Positions 38,890 to 50,538 are shown, counted from the first letter of the whole stretch. The stretch: 63,297 nt of DNA, filler included, from Octopus bimaculoides (GCF_001194135.2; 8 parts of 8 records of this genome joined end to end with filler, not necessarily neighbours in it), one strand, 5' to 3'. Notes: generated by a model not told the origin, from the letters alone. A program made the numbers and translations.

Positions 38890-40035
38890 TGTAGTGTCGC
38901 GTATGGCCGCCATCTTGGGAAGTGCCATTGCGCATGTGCAAGGGATTTGCCGTCAGCGGAAGTACCCGAGCACGCATGCGCAATGCAACAGGTGGAGAAA
39001 AGCAATAGCGTTCGCCCTCTTTTCTGTCTAGCAGTGGTGCTGACAACACGTATTCTCTCAGCTCGATACCGACATGTGGTCGAAGCTTTCTTTGGTATTC
39101 TAGCGGCATGCCTATTCACCCAGGAACTAAACGGCTCTACACCAACCTAGAATAAAGTATGTTCTGTTGTTACCGTTATTCCTCGTGTTGTTGTATTTCT
39201 GGATTTAATGATTAATATAAGAACTGGGGAGAGATGGCCGAGCCATCATATCTCATCCAATTCTTATAACTGGTGACCCCCGACGTGATAGCGGAATTAT
39301 CTCTCAAACAACTCGTAAAAGAAAAAATGAAGAGACGACGAAAAAAAAAAAACACAGCACAAGAGNNNNNNNNNNTGATTAATATAAGAACTGGGGAGAG
39401 ATGGCCGAGCCATCATATCTCATCCAATTCTTATAACTGGTGACCCCCGACGTGATAGCGGAATTATCTCTCAAACAACTCGTAAAAGAAAAAATGAAGA
39501 GACGACGAAAAAAAAAAATACCATACAGCCTGGAAACTGAACCATCAACTACTATGACACGAGCGTTTTCTCTCACCCACGTGTTTCTTTCATACTTGCA
39601 GCAACGACGTAAGGTTGGTCAACAGTATTTTTTTCTACAGACAGTACAAAGCAACACCTTCTGAGGTCTAGCCGCTGACCACAGAGCACACAACCAGTTC
39701 CAGCGACGACACGACAATAGCCTCATGGAGATCCAACACTTCGTTCAGCAGCTTACGGACCTCCATCTTCATCGCCCCCAGTTTCTTAGGGTCAACACCA
39801 ATTTCTTACTACATACACAGCAATCAACAGCACTCGCACAGGTTCTATCTCAACACTGTTTGTGAATTATTTCACCATGGTTAACAGCGAATACAACCTG
39901 CGAGAACTCCTGTATCAAGTAACGGCTCTACACCAACCTAGAATAAAGTATGTTCTGTTGTATTTCTGGATTTAATGATTAATATAAGAACTGGGGAGAG
40001 ATGGCCGAGCCATCATATCTCATCCAATTCTTATA
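38890..40035 (+). mobile_element. Internally deleted LTR retrotransposon (probably Gypsy): 5' LTR 38890-39268, PBS-Trp 39271-39289, partial 3' LTR 39921-40035
   Basis: Direct repeat 39130-39268 = 39921-40035 (the second copy lacks a 24-nt piece). Starts TGTAG, and both copies end TTATA. A 2-nt spacer is followed by TGGTGACCCCCGACGTGAT, complementary to the tRNA-Trp 3' end with one extra C. CCCC flanks both ends as a possible 4-bp TSD. Confidence 0.8.
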
Positions 40036-40127
40036 CCCCTTTGTTTCCGTGTTTGTTCTAAACAATTATAAACATCCCACTGTACTAGAACTGTCCTAAC
40101 ACTGTGAATTCTTTGCTTTATTTGCAG

Positions 40128-40277
40128 GCTATAATTGCTTTAATCATGATAATACCAGGAGAAATATCTTCACTAATTGATTTCTTCAGTTTTACTGCCT
40201 GGCTTTTCTATGGACTGGCTTTCTTATCGCTTATAGTAATGAGGTTTACGAAGAAAAATGAGCCCAGACCGTTCAAG
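40128..40277 (+). CDS. SLC7A9: SLC7A9-like exon (TM10), 150 nt
   Basis: tttgcag| acceptor and |gtaagt donor. Encodes [50 protein letters not shown]. Phase 0 to 0. Confidence 0.95.
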
Positions 40278-40618
40278 GTAAGTAGACAATCACATGCACA
40301 CAGACACATGCACATGTGGATATGTTTCTTGTTACCAACCCTCACATGGTTTGAAACAAGGTAATATTTCCCTAGTGGGAAGATATGTTTCCATGGAACA
40401 TTAGGAATAAATAAAACTGCTTGGATGACAGGGATACTCATTTACAAATATCATGTTATTGAGACGAGGAGACACACACACACGTACATGCATACGGAAT
40501 CGATGAGAGTATTTACATACATTGGTGCAGTGAGTAATGACAGAAGAGTACTTCTGTAGACTGTGGGAAATATGGAACTCAAAGCTGTCTGCATTTAACA
40601 AAGCCATATCTCATAATG

Positions 40619-40950
40619 TGGAGGCGCAATGGCCCAGTGGTTAGGGCAGCAGACTTGCGGTCAGAGGATCGCGGTTTCGATTCCCAGATCGGGCGTTGTG
40701 AGTATTTATTGAGCGAAATCACCTAAGCTCCACGAGGCTCCGGCAGGAGGTGGTGGCGACCCCTGTTGTACTCTTTCGCCCCAACTTTCTCTCACTCTTT
40801 CTTCCTGTTTCTTGAGTAACGCTGCGATGGANNNNNNNNNNNNNNNNNNNNNNNNNNNNNNNNNNNNNNNNNNNNNNNNNNNNNNNNNNNNNNNNNNCAT
40901 AGAAACCGGGAAACCGGGCCCATGAGCCTGGCTAGGCTTTGAAAGGGCGA
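40619..40950 (+). mobile_element. SINE family C, tail type 2 (contains a gap)
   Basis: GGAGGCGCAATGGCCCAGTGGTTAGGGCAG...GGTTTCGATTCCC and the same tail as at 26568. Confidence 0.85.
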
Positions 40951-41163
40951 CGTTTATCGTTATATCTCATAATGCTTTTGTAGTACCAGGGCTAGTGCCA
41001 ATATATGGAATATTTGAAACATGAAAGCCAGAAAGATACTGGCTACCACTGGCAATTTCCACATTAACAGACAACGATAGGATTTATGTGAAATGAAGTG
41101 ATGGTGGCAGAGGCATAAGGTCAGTGAAAACAGCCTTTGAATGTCACATTGTATCACTTAGAC

Positions 41164-41441
41164 CAGGGGTTTTCAAACTTTTTGACTTGCGGACCCCTTT
41201 ATATTTCAGGTTTTACCTTAGGGACCCCCTTATAAACGCTTATGAAATTTATACATAAATATTTGCTTAAAATAACATATTTTTACATTTATTTATTTAA
41301 CAGTATTTAACAAAATAGGTTTATTGTTAATTAAAAGATTTCGATTAAAAAACATATATAAAATCAAATTGCCCATAAAATGTATTTGCTGTCCACAGAC
41401 CCTCTGTCTTGTCCTTGCGGACCACAGTTTGAAAACCCCTG
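41164..41441. mobile_element. hAT MITE with perfect 8-bp TSD
   Basis: 16-bp perfect TIR CAGGGGTTTTCAAACT / AGTTTGAAAACCCCTG. TSD ACTTAGAC at 41156-41163 and 41442-41449. Confidence 0.92.
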
Positions 41442-41709
41442 ACTTAGACAATACCTGCTGATCAGTAAAGAAAGAACTGAGTACATACATGACGAACTTC
41501 TTTCAGATTCTGATTGAACTAGGTAAAACTCACAAGGATTTGGTCATCCTGGAGTGGCAGTAGAAGATACGTTCCTTGAATGCCATGCAGTGGGATTGAA
41601 CCTGAAACCACGTGTGTGGAGAAGTTTCTTAACCATACAGTCATATCTGTGCTTCATGGTTACAAAACAAACTTCTTAATTGTTAAATCATGTTGTGTCC
41701 CTGTGAAGG

Positions 41710-42005
41710 AACGTGGTTTAGTGGCTAGCGTATTTGGCTTACAATCGTAAGGTTGTAAGTTCAAGTCTCAGCAGTGCATTGTTTCCTTGAGCAAGACTCT
41801 TTATTTCACATTGCTCCAGTCCACTCAGCCGGCAAGAAATAAGTAATACCTGTATTTCAAAGGGGCCAACTTTGTCATGCTGAATCCCTCTGAGAACTAC
41901 ATTAAGGGTATGCATGTCTGTGGAGTACTCATCCCCTTGCACGTTAATTTCAAGTTCAGCCTCTTCCATTGATTGGATCGACTGGAACACTTACCGTCAT
42001 AACCG
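41710..42005 (+). mobile_element. SINE with alternative tRNA-like head joined to tail type 1
   Basis: GTGGTTTAGTGG...AAGTTCAAGTC, core TCCTTGAGCAAGAC...TTGCTCCAGTCCACTCAGC, tail GAGAACTACATTAAGGGTA. Confidence 0.75.
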
Positions 42006-42124
42006 ATAGAGCGACGGTAAGTAAGCTGTGTCCCTGTGTCTCATTACTTTTCTGTTTATAGATTGCATTTTCAGAATACGTGTTAGGCATCTTTTTATTT
42101 AATTTTTTCTGTAATGGTTATAGT

Positions 42125-42500
42125 TATTAGATGTGGCCATACTGGGGCACTGCCTTGAAGAATTTTTAGTCCAATGAATTGACCTTAGAACTTATTTTGC
42201 TTTTAAGACCTGATTCTTATTCTATGAATCTCTTTTTCCAAACTGATAAGTTATAGGAATGGAAACACCAACACCGGTTGTCAAACAGTGGTGGGGTCGG
42301 GCAAACAGAGACACAAGGATGCACACTTGACAACCAGTGGTGGTGTGCTCACATCCATGTAACATTGGCAAAAGTCACTGACAGAATAAGCCCCAGGCTT
42401 ACGAAAATAAGCACAGGGGTTGAGTCATTGAACTAAAGTTCTTTAAGGTGGTGCTCCATCATGGCCACGGTCTAGAAACAAATACAAGAAAAAAGATAAA
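42125..42500. mobile_element. Inverted pair of SINE family A 3' halves (- 42125-42310; + 42325-42500)
   Basis: TGGCCATACTGGGGCACTGCC...ACACCGGTTGTCAA is mirrored by TTGACAACCAGTGG...GGTGGTGCTCCATCATGGCCAC. Confidence 0.75.
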
Positions 42501-42598
42501 ACATTACAATTCTCATCAAACCTTTCAGTTGCTAATCCCTTTTGTTCTCAATGAAACCCAGATTAATTTTAAGAATTTACCCTTTATCTTCTTTTAAG

Positions 42599-42767
42599 GT
42601 TTTCATCCTAGTACCAATTGTAATGCTCATTATCTCCGTATATCTGGTCGTGGCACCAATTGTACAAAATCCTGATTTGGGTTTTCTCTACGCCTTCCTT
42701 TTAATCATTGGAGGACTTATCTTCTATTTCATTTTCGTCCACTTCAAAGTCGAGTTGCCATGCATGA
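42599..42767 (+). CDS. SLC7A9: SLC7A9-like exon (TM11-12), 169 nt; terminal exon not located
   Basis: cttttaag| acceptor and |gtaagt donor. Encodes VFILVPIVMLIISVYLVVAPIVQNPDLGFLYAFLLIIGGLIFYFIFVHFKVELPCM. Phase 0 to 1. Confidence 0.93.
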
Positions 42768-42804
42768 GTAAGTGTGCCTTTTTTTACCTATCTTTTCTCA
42801 TTCT

Positions 42805-43009
42805 TTTATTTCTTTTAATCATTTGGCTGTGGCCATCCTGGGGCACCACCTTGAAGAGTATTATTAGTTGAACGAATCAACCCCCAGGACATTTTTTTTT
42901 TGGTCTATGCTATCGGTCACTTTTGCCAAAACTGCTAAGTTACATGGACGTAAACACACCAACACTGGTTGTCAAGCAGTGGTGTGGGAACAAATATACA
43001 CACATGCGT

Positions 43010-43042
<33 letters not shown>

Positions 43043-43172
43043 ATGGGCTTCTTTCATTTTTAGTCTACAAGATCCAGTAACAACGCTTTGGTCAACCTGG
43101 GGCTATACCAAGGTGTCATGTAGTGGGACTGAACCTGGAACCATGTGGTTGGGAAGCAAACTTCTTACCATA
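42805..43172 (-). mobile_element. SINE family A
   Basis: Family A motifs in reverse complement, starting about 40 nt after the exon donor. Confidence 0.8.
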
Positions 43173-43399
43173 CCTATATATATNNNNNNNNNNNNNNNNN
43201 NNNNNNNNNNNNNNNNNNNNNNNNNNNTTAATTAATTAANNNNNNNNNNNNNNNNNNNNNNNNNNNNNNNNNNNNNNNNNNNNCTGAAAGTATCTGTCTT
43301 TACAGTATCGAAATGTGATTGTTTCAGTTAGTAGAATAGTTTCATTTTTAAAGTGAAAGTATTTGACATGAGTGTTTTTGTTTCACTTTTGATACAGTG

Positions 43400-43590
43400 G
43401 AGGAGATATTATGTTGCTGTGGGCTCGAACTCTGCAAGAAGTTAAAATTTTTTTTGACTAAAACACAACTGGAACCCTAAGTAAGGCATCTGCAAAATTT
43501 GAATGAAATTGGTTGCGTAGTTCTCGAGTTTTAGGGATTCACACAGACAGACAGACAGACACACATTCTCATTTTTATATATATAGATTT
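43400..43590 (+). mobile_element. Helitron-like 3' end
   Basis: AAATTTGAATGAAATTGGTTGCGTAGTTCTCGAGTT...(CAGA)n CACACATTCTCATTTTTATATATATAG|ATT terminal pattern. Confidence 0.45.
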
Positions 43591-43893
43591 CTTATCATGT
43601 CAGTCCATGCTACCTAACCTGACTACTTAATAATAATAGAATTTACTTAAACATTATTATTATACAATGATGTTTCCTGCTTATAGCTCAGGTACTTTTG
43701 CTAGATTGCTTCAAATATTACATATTTTAACCTTTTTGCTACCATATTTCTGTTGAAATAACTGCTTTTCTTTCAATTAATTCTGAAAATAATGGAGAAT
43801 TTAGTAAAATAACCATGCCGTTATTAAGCTGGTGTTTGGAACATAAATTAACATGATTTTTGATGGAAAGTTTTATCTGAGATTTCTTTAAAG

Positions 43894-44409
43894 CAGTGGT
43901 TCTCAGCCAGGATTCATATGGCCCCTGAGGGTCCATATAAGATTTTTGGGGGTTCATGTAACAAAATAGTAAATTGTATTCTAAGGACACCTGAAAAACT
44001 TTACTTTTGATGTATGTATTGGTGTGTATTGCAAGAAACAGCTAGGTTTTCATTAAGCAAAACAAGCATCTGCTTAGGGCAGTGGTTCTCAACCAGGGTC
44101 CATATAAGATTTTGGAGGGGCCCATGTAACAAAATAGTAAATTGGGGATCCACAATAGTATTTTAAGGGCCCCTGAAGAAATTTTGCTTTAGATTTATGT
44201 ATTGGTATGTATTGCAAGAAACAGCTAGGTTTCTTTCTCTAACATTTTAGTTCAACCTACACAAGTTAATGTGTGTAAAACAAAATATGAATTTTAAAAG
44301 AAATTTCTGTAAAACTAGTTTCAAATTTCAAGTGCCTATGGGGGTCGACCAGAATAAAATAGTAGTCAAAGGTGTCCATAGACAAAAAAAAAATGGTTGA
44401 GAGCCCCTG
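43894..44409. mobile_element. hAT MITE with two left ends and perfect 8-bp TSD
   Basis: CAGTGGTTCTCAGCC at 43894, a second CAGTGGTTCTCAACC at 44080, and right end GGTTGAGAGCCCCTG at 44409. TSD CTTTAAAG at 43886-43893 and 44410-44417. Confidence 0.85.
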
Positions 44410-45214
44410 CTTTAAAGCATGAAGTTTATATCATAAAACCAAAGGTGGAGTCAGGTTGGTTGGTATCAAAAGCATCAATGCACTAAAAACCAATTTTTTT
44501 CCTGAATGTGCACTGCTGAAATAGTAGTGCATCTAATAAACATGTGTCTTTTATGCCATCAAATGCAGTATTTATTTCTTTGTCTTGCTTAAAGTAATTA
44601 AAATTATGTTGAAAACCAAAAAAAAAAAACCTCAAGAAATCTTTGGAAAAGTAAATTAAAAGAAGTTGGAGAAATTCTTCTGGAAATTTGCCTTCTTTTT
44701 TAATGTTTTGTTATTGTTTAGCAGAGTTGTTAAAATATTGGATCAAATGTTGTGTGTTAACTCCTTATGTTCTGAGTTCAGATTTTACCACAGTCAATTT
44801 TGCCTTTTATTCTTTCAGGGTTCATTCATTTTCTCCACCCACTATACTCATGAGGGTCATATGGTTTAGAGTCCTTAGGCCCCTCCTTCATACGGTCCTA
44901 TCAGAAGCAACCATCAAATCTATGGTACAGAGCCACGGAAACATGTAGAAGAGACAATGACTGTATTAAGCTAGTAGAGTTTGGCCTCCTCCACTAGAAC
45001 ATGTTCTTTACTTGTAAAGATTGTGACATTCTAATTCCCAATGACTAATGGTTGCTCCCACCTGGACCTGCTCTATGGGTCTTGGGACCCACATCATTTG
45101 TGCTCCCACCCCATGCCTTCCAGAATATGTTGCAGGTTTACAGCTGATTGTATCAGCATTGAGTGGAGACTCTGATATATTTTTTGAGATGGACTACTTT
45201 ACCTAAGGTTCAGA

Positions 45215-45980
45215 CAAGGCAGCAAGCTAGCAGAATCGTTAGCACACTGGGCAAAATGCTTAGCGGTATTTCGTCTGTCTTTACGTTCTCAGTTCAAATT
45301 CCGCCGAGGTCAACTTTGCCTTTCATCCTTTTGGAATCGATGAATTAAGTACCAGTTGCATACTGGGCCCTCTCCAAAAAAAATTTGGGGCCTTGTGCCT
45401 AGAGTAGAAAAGAATATTGGTGTGATGGAGAAGAGGAGGCTTGTATGCATATGCAACTATCAGTTTTCCACAAAACCTTTGTCCAAACCTTCCCATATAT
45501 TTATTGATACCAATAAATGTTCGATNNNNNNNNNNATTTCGCCCGGTGAGCTAACATTTGTGCCAGCTCACCGCCTTCTTCCCATATATTTATTCTTTTT
45601 TACTCTAGGCACAAGGGCCGAAATTTTAGGGGAGGAGGCCAGTCGATTAGATAGACCCCCGTACACAACTGGTACTTAATTTATAGACCCCCGAAAGTCT
45701 ACCTCGGCGGAATTGGAACTCAGAACGTAAAGACAGATAAAATACCGATAAGTATTTCGCTCAGCATGCTAATTTTTCTTATTTCTTTATTGCCCACAAG
45801 GGGCTAAACACAGAGGGGACAAACAAGGACAGACAAAGGGATTAAGTCAATTACATCGACCCCGAAAGGATGAAAGGCAAAGTCGACCTTCGCGGAATTT
45901 GAACTTAGAACGTAACAGCAGACGAAATACCACTAGGCATTTCGCCCGGTGAGCTAACATTTGTGCCAGCTCACCGCCTT
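45215..45980. mobile_element. Cluster of three SINE family B copies (+ 45215-45415; - 45590-45775; - 45776-45980)
   Basis: Family B motifs in both orientations. Confidence 0.8.
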
Positions 45981-46731
45981 CTTCCCATATATTTATTGAT
46001 ACCAATAAATGTTCGATTTTGACGGACAGAGGTCCCAAGGAGGGGAAGATTTAATTTATCAAAATTTATACTTTATAGAAGAAATGGAATTAGTAGTAGA
46101 AATGGTGAGGGTTGTTTGTAATTCAACCTTATTGCACAAGCAGTTAACTTCCATGTGGCCTTCAGATATAAAAAGAAAAAGTTCCCTTCCATCACCATCA
46201 CTTTGTTCTGTACTTGACCTGCCAGAAACAGCAGCCAAATATTCCTCACATCACCATCTACCAAAGAAAAATGAAACATGCTGGATATGAGAGCCACATG
46301 GGAGATGGATGGTTAGGTGGGAGCACTGTGTCTGGATAAAAGATGTGGTGGTCATGGCTGGAACACCCTTGATTATAGGTTGTCTGCTTCACTAAGACTG
46401 CTCTGGCTCTACATAACAAAACCCAGCGACCTTCACCTTGCTCATCTCCATTGGTTCTATTTCATTTCACTCCACCACCACCACCACCACCAACACCACA
46501 TCCACTCTTTCTACCAACATGTACCTAATTACTAAACTGGGTGGGGGTGGGGTAGCGGTGGTCTGTCGAGGTCATAACAGGAAGCATATAACAGCCACAA
46601 ACTCCTCCTCCNNNNNNNNNNNNNNNNNNNNNNNNNNNNNNNNNNNNNNNNNNNNTTAATTAATTAANNNNNNNNNNNNNNNNNNNNNNNNNNNNNNNNN
46701 NNNNNNNNNNNTAGAAGGCAAAGATCTTGAA

Positions 46732-46893
46732 TCAGCTGTTTCCACGTATTTTCAGAAGTTTACTCAGCGGGACTTTGCCTAATTCTTTTTGTCTGACGTG
46801 TTGTCTGTGGATTCTTGCACGTTGGCAAAGGAAATTGTTAGTTTTGCCAGTATAATTTCCTTCACAATTGGAGCAGGTTATGCAGTATATGAG
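46732..46893 (-). mobile_element. Penelope-like GIY-YIG endonuclease fragment
   Basis: Minus strand LIYCITCSNCEGNYTGKTNNFLCQRARIHRQHVRQKELGKVPLSKLLKIRGNS*, matching the IY-x-I-x-C-xx-C-xxx-Y-x-G-x-T...R...H pattern of PLE GIY-YIG domains. Confidence 0.75.
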
Positions 46894-46917
46894 ATACAAT
46901 GTCAAATATATATAGTC

Positions 46918-46954
<37 letters not shown>

Positions 46955-47333
46955 GCGCGTGTGCGTGCGCGCGTTAAGATATAATTTTAAACTCGGCATT
47001 TCGTACGTAAATTAATTGAAATTTAGCACGCTGGACAGCCGTAATCAACAATCATTCTTTATATACAATCCCACTATGAGTATATATTAAACAATGGCAG
47101 TCGATTATGACTGTTCCGATGTATTTAGTTGAAATTAATTAATTCACACACGCACTGCCAAACATAAGGCATGAAAAAGAAACGTTGCTCACGCCTCAAT
47201 AATTCATTCATAGGCACATAAACACACTTTTACTCATGCATATATACACATATACATACACACACATACTTATAATATAAACACACACATATATACACAT
47301 ATATACACATATATATGTATATTTATATAGAAA

Positions 47334-47373
<40 letters not shown>

Positions 47374-48530
47374 TATCTAAATTAATTTACATAGATATGT
47401 GTATATATGTGTGCGTTAACAGATACAAAGATTCATAATCACATACAGATTCATGATGGGGTATAAAAGGGGCTTCCATCCTCCAGTTAATATTAGATGT
47501 CGGGACTGGAGTTACACTCTTAATTGTCAGTGCAGATTTTATTCATCTTCCAAAATCTCCGAACGACATGTATATGATCCTTCGCTGATTATACTAGTGG
47601 TATCTCCAAGTCTTAAGTATCCAAGCGGATGCATTAAAGTAACAATGTAGCAGTATGCTACACTGACCCAAGGAGGGCAAGAAAAGACAACGCAAAAGCA
47701 TAACAATGAAAGGAAATCAGAGACGCAGAAGAGACTTCTGAAGTGTACTAATAACTAGCAGGTGTATGTGGGTTTAAAGGACGCGCTACTGCTTCTAAGT
47801 CATATTAACCCATTTATGCTCAGCGTTTGATTTATCATACGTTTCTTTTTTTTTTTTTTTTTTTTTTTTTTGCTTCAGACGAAAATATTCATATAAAATA
47901 ATTTCATAAATTTAGGCATCAAAAACCTTTCTGAAGATAAAGAATAATTATTTATCTAGCAACATTTGGCATTAAAGTCATACTTTGATAATTTATGCAT
48001 TGTGCTAGGTGCATTATTTTCAGTGTCAAATTTTGAAGTGAAAAACAAGTCCTACTGGTGATAAGTTTTTCATTTGTATGCTTTAAATGTTTTGTAATAT
48101 TTAAGTATACATTACTTTTGCAAACCAAACAGATCTTAATTATCTACGTAAATAAAGTTTCGATTTATTAACGTTTGTATATGTGCGTATGATAAAACAT
48201 ACGCTGAGAATTCGTGTGTACATTTCATTCAAAATGAAGTTTTCAGGTTTGGACATACAATCGTTAATTCTGTTAACAATAAGCCAAAAAAACTTTAAGA
48301 CAATTGCATATTAAAATATTTTACACTTGAATCTTAAATGTTCTATATTATTTATTTTCTTCATAAAAAAGTAGCGTTAAGTATGTGCGTATGTATTCAT
48401 AGATTTATGTGTGTGTATGTATGTATGTATGTATGTATGTATGTATGTATGTATGCATGCATGCATGCATGCATGTATGTATGTATGTATGTATGTATGT
48501 GCATATGTATTTAACAGTTAGTATACTTAC

Positions 48531-48626
48531 AATTTCAAGGTGTCTGATGGTTTCTCTCAGCTGGTAAATTTCATTTTCCAAACTTTTCCTCAACTCAATT
48601 TTGTCTAATTCATGTTTTTGCTGTTC
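48531..48626 (-). CDS. Probable exon of an unidentified coiled-coil protein, 96 nt
   Basis: Minus strand tcaattttag| acceptor and |gtaagt donor. Open phase 0-0 frame EQQKHELDKIELRKSLENEIYQLRETIRHLEI with a heptad-like charged/hydrophobic pattern. Confidence 0.6.
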
Positions 48627-49441
48627 CTAAAATTGACACAAAAAATTACTGAAATTTTATATTGGAAAGTTCAACAAATAAACACCGAACAATTCTTTCT
48701 TTCTTTTAACTTAAGGTAAAATTGCAAATTTATTAGGCATTTAGACAAAAAGAAAACGTTGCTGCGAGAATTTGAAAATTTGTTGAACTATTTCTTTTGT
48801 CTAATAGCATAAATATTATACGGGTGACAAATGTTGTTAATTATGAGTACAGGTAAGGTCTCTTCAAAACTTTGTGATTCGGGTTTCTGTCCTTCTGTGT
48901 TGCACCATAAGCATGCGTCTTCTGCAATAACCCTACTTCAACCAGAGGATTGTGAGTGAATCTCGGTAAACAGAAACTATGTTGGAAGCATGGTGTAGGG
49001 TCTTTGTCTCATTTTCTGTATAAATGATCAGAATAGGTCCCCTGTCTGGGGATAATTTCCTCTATTCCTTTATTAATCTTGGAGTCCTTATGTGTTGCTC
49101 CTTTCTCCTCTGATAAAGTTTTTTAAAAGAAAATTATATCCCCATCATCCCCCACCACCACTAGTCACATATGAAAGTGGTACTTATATGTTTTTTTTTT
49201 TTTGTAGAATTGATGGCAAGTTGGGAATATTGATGTTTTAGAAACTGAACTGGGGATGGGCAGATACAGCATAGTATTGAAACCCTTTCTCTCATTCTTT
49301 TTCCTTTCTTCTCTCTCTCTCTCTCTCTTTATCCTCTCTCTTTCTCTCCCTCTCTCTGTCTCCCTCCCACTCCTTCTCATGAGTTGGGTAATATGGTTAG
49401 TCTGAGTTCACTGAAAATAAGTCGAGCCGACCAGGGCTCAC

Positions 49442-49501
49442 CTGGGACCAAACAACAGCATGAGAAACAAGAGAAATCTTGATTTCCAACTGTTTTCCGA
49501 T
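49442..49501 (-). CDS. Candidate 60-nt exon, possibly upstream of the 48531-48626 exon
   Basis: Minus strand tttcactattag| acceptor and strong CAG|GTGAGC donor. All three frames are open; phase 0 reads IGKQLEIKISLVSHAVVWSQ. Confidence 0.3.
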
Positions 49502-50024
49502 CTAATAGTGAAACACGGTATTTATTAAATGGATGTATATTACACCAAGATTCGAAATTGGCGCAAGCACAAGTTGATGAGAGAGCCATCTAGAAATAAC
49601 AACCAAACTTCTTTCAAATGTCACTTCAACGTCTTATAAGCGAACACACATATTAGTTAATTTAATCTTAAACAACTCTAAAAAGACGGAATGGTTCGGT
49701 TGAAATGCCTTTAAACACAGGTTCAATAAAGGTTAACTTTGAACCTGAGTTAAACAATATTAATTCGTTGAAGGACTCGCCTTATTGGCTATATCATCTA
49801 ACTCCATGACGTTAAAAAAGAGATACACATAGTAGGTCTCCACAAATGGTGGTGTTAGGGAGAATTGAGTCTGAATGTTTCGAGGCGATCACTGTAATCA
49901 TAGTATGTCAGTGTGTGTGTGCATGGGGGGAGTGTATGTGTGTGTGTGCATGGGGGGGTGTATGTGTGTGTGTGCATGGGGGGAGTGTATGTGTGCGTGG
50001 GGTGTATGTGTGTGTTTGTGTGTA

Positions 50025-50055
<31 letters not shown>

Positions 50056-50499
50056 ATGTGTGTGTGTAATTTGTTTGTGCTTGTATTGAATATTTTAGTA
50101 GTTTACTAGAATTTCATGCCTCTTGAATCATTGGTTGCTAAAAAGCAAATACCTCACATATGTATTTATTCAACTGCCCTCCGCAAGGCACGTGATATAT
50201 TCATATATTCACGAGTGAAAGCGCGTATATTTTCTTGCCTTCAATATCATATGAGTAAAACACATGAAAGCAAAGAAGGTGACTACTAATGAATAATTGA
50301 GTACTATTTTTTTATTATACGACCGTCTTTCAGGATATGGTAATCCCATAGTATGAGGAATACATTATTTTAACCAATTGTTATTAAAACAATTAGGCTT
50401 ATAGATCAACACTCACAGCCAACGCAACACAAACCCCCAGACATACACACATAGACATAGATATGTGTGTATATATGTGTGCATGTGTCTGCGCGTATG

Positions 50500-50538
<39 letters not shown>

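Noticed and set aside
39207-39520. Apparent tandem duplication of LTR end, PBS and leader
   Set aside because: Identical copies flank a 10-N gap, typical of unmerged overlapping contig ends. The same applies to 22620-22730, 26715-27060, 45500-45590 vs 45930-46020, and 60109-60237 vs 60501-60625.
42768-42871. Read-through extension of the last detected transporter exon to the stop at 42871
   Set aside because: There is a strong GTAAGT donor at 42768 at the conserved intron position, and the extension runs into a SINE.
43398-43481. Candidate terminal transporter exon (MEEILCCCGLELCKK...)
   Set aside because: It shows no similarity to the SLC7 C-terminal L..LLEV motif and lies within a Helitron-like repeat.
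47500-47665. Candidate minus-strand terminal exon after a polypyrimidine tract
   Set aside because: The only long frame is phase 2, incompatible with the phase-0 end of the 48531 exon, and there is no recognisable homology.
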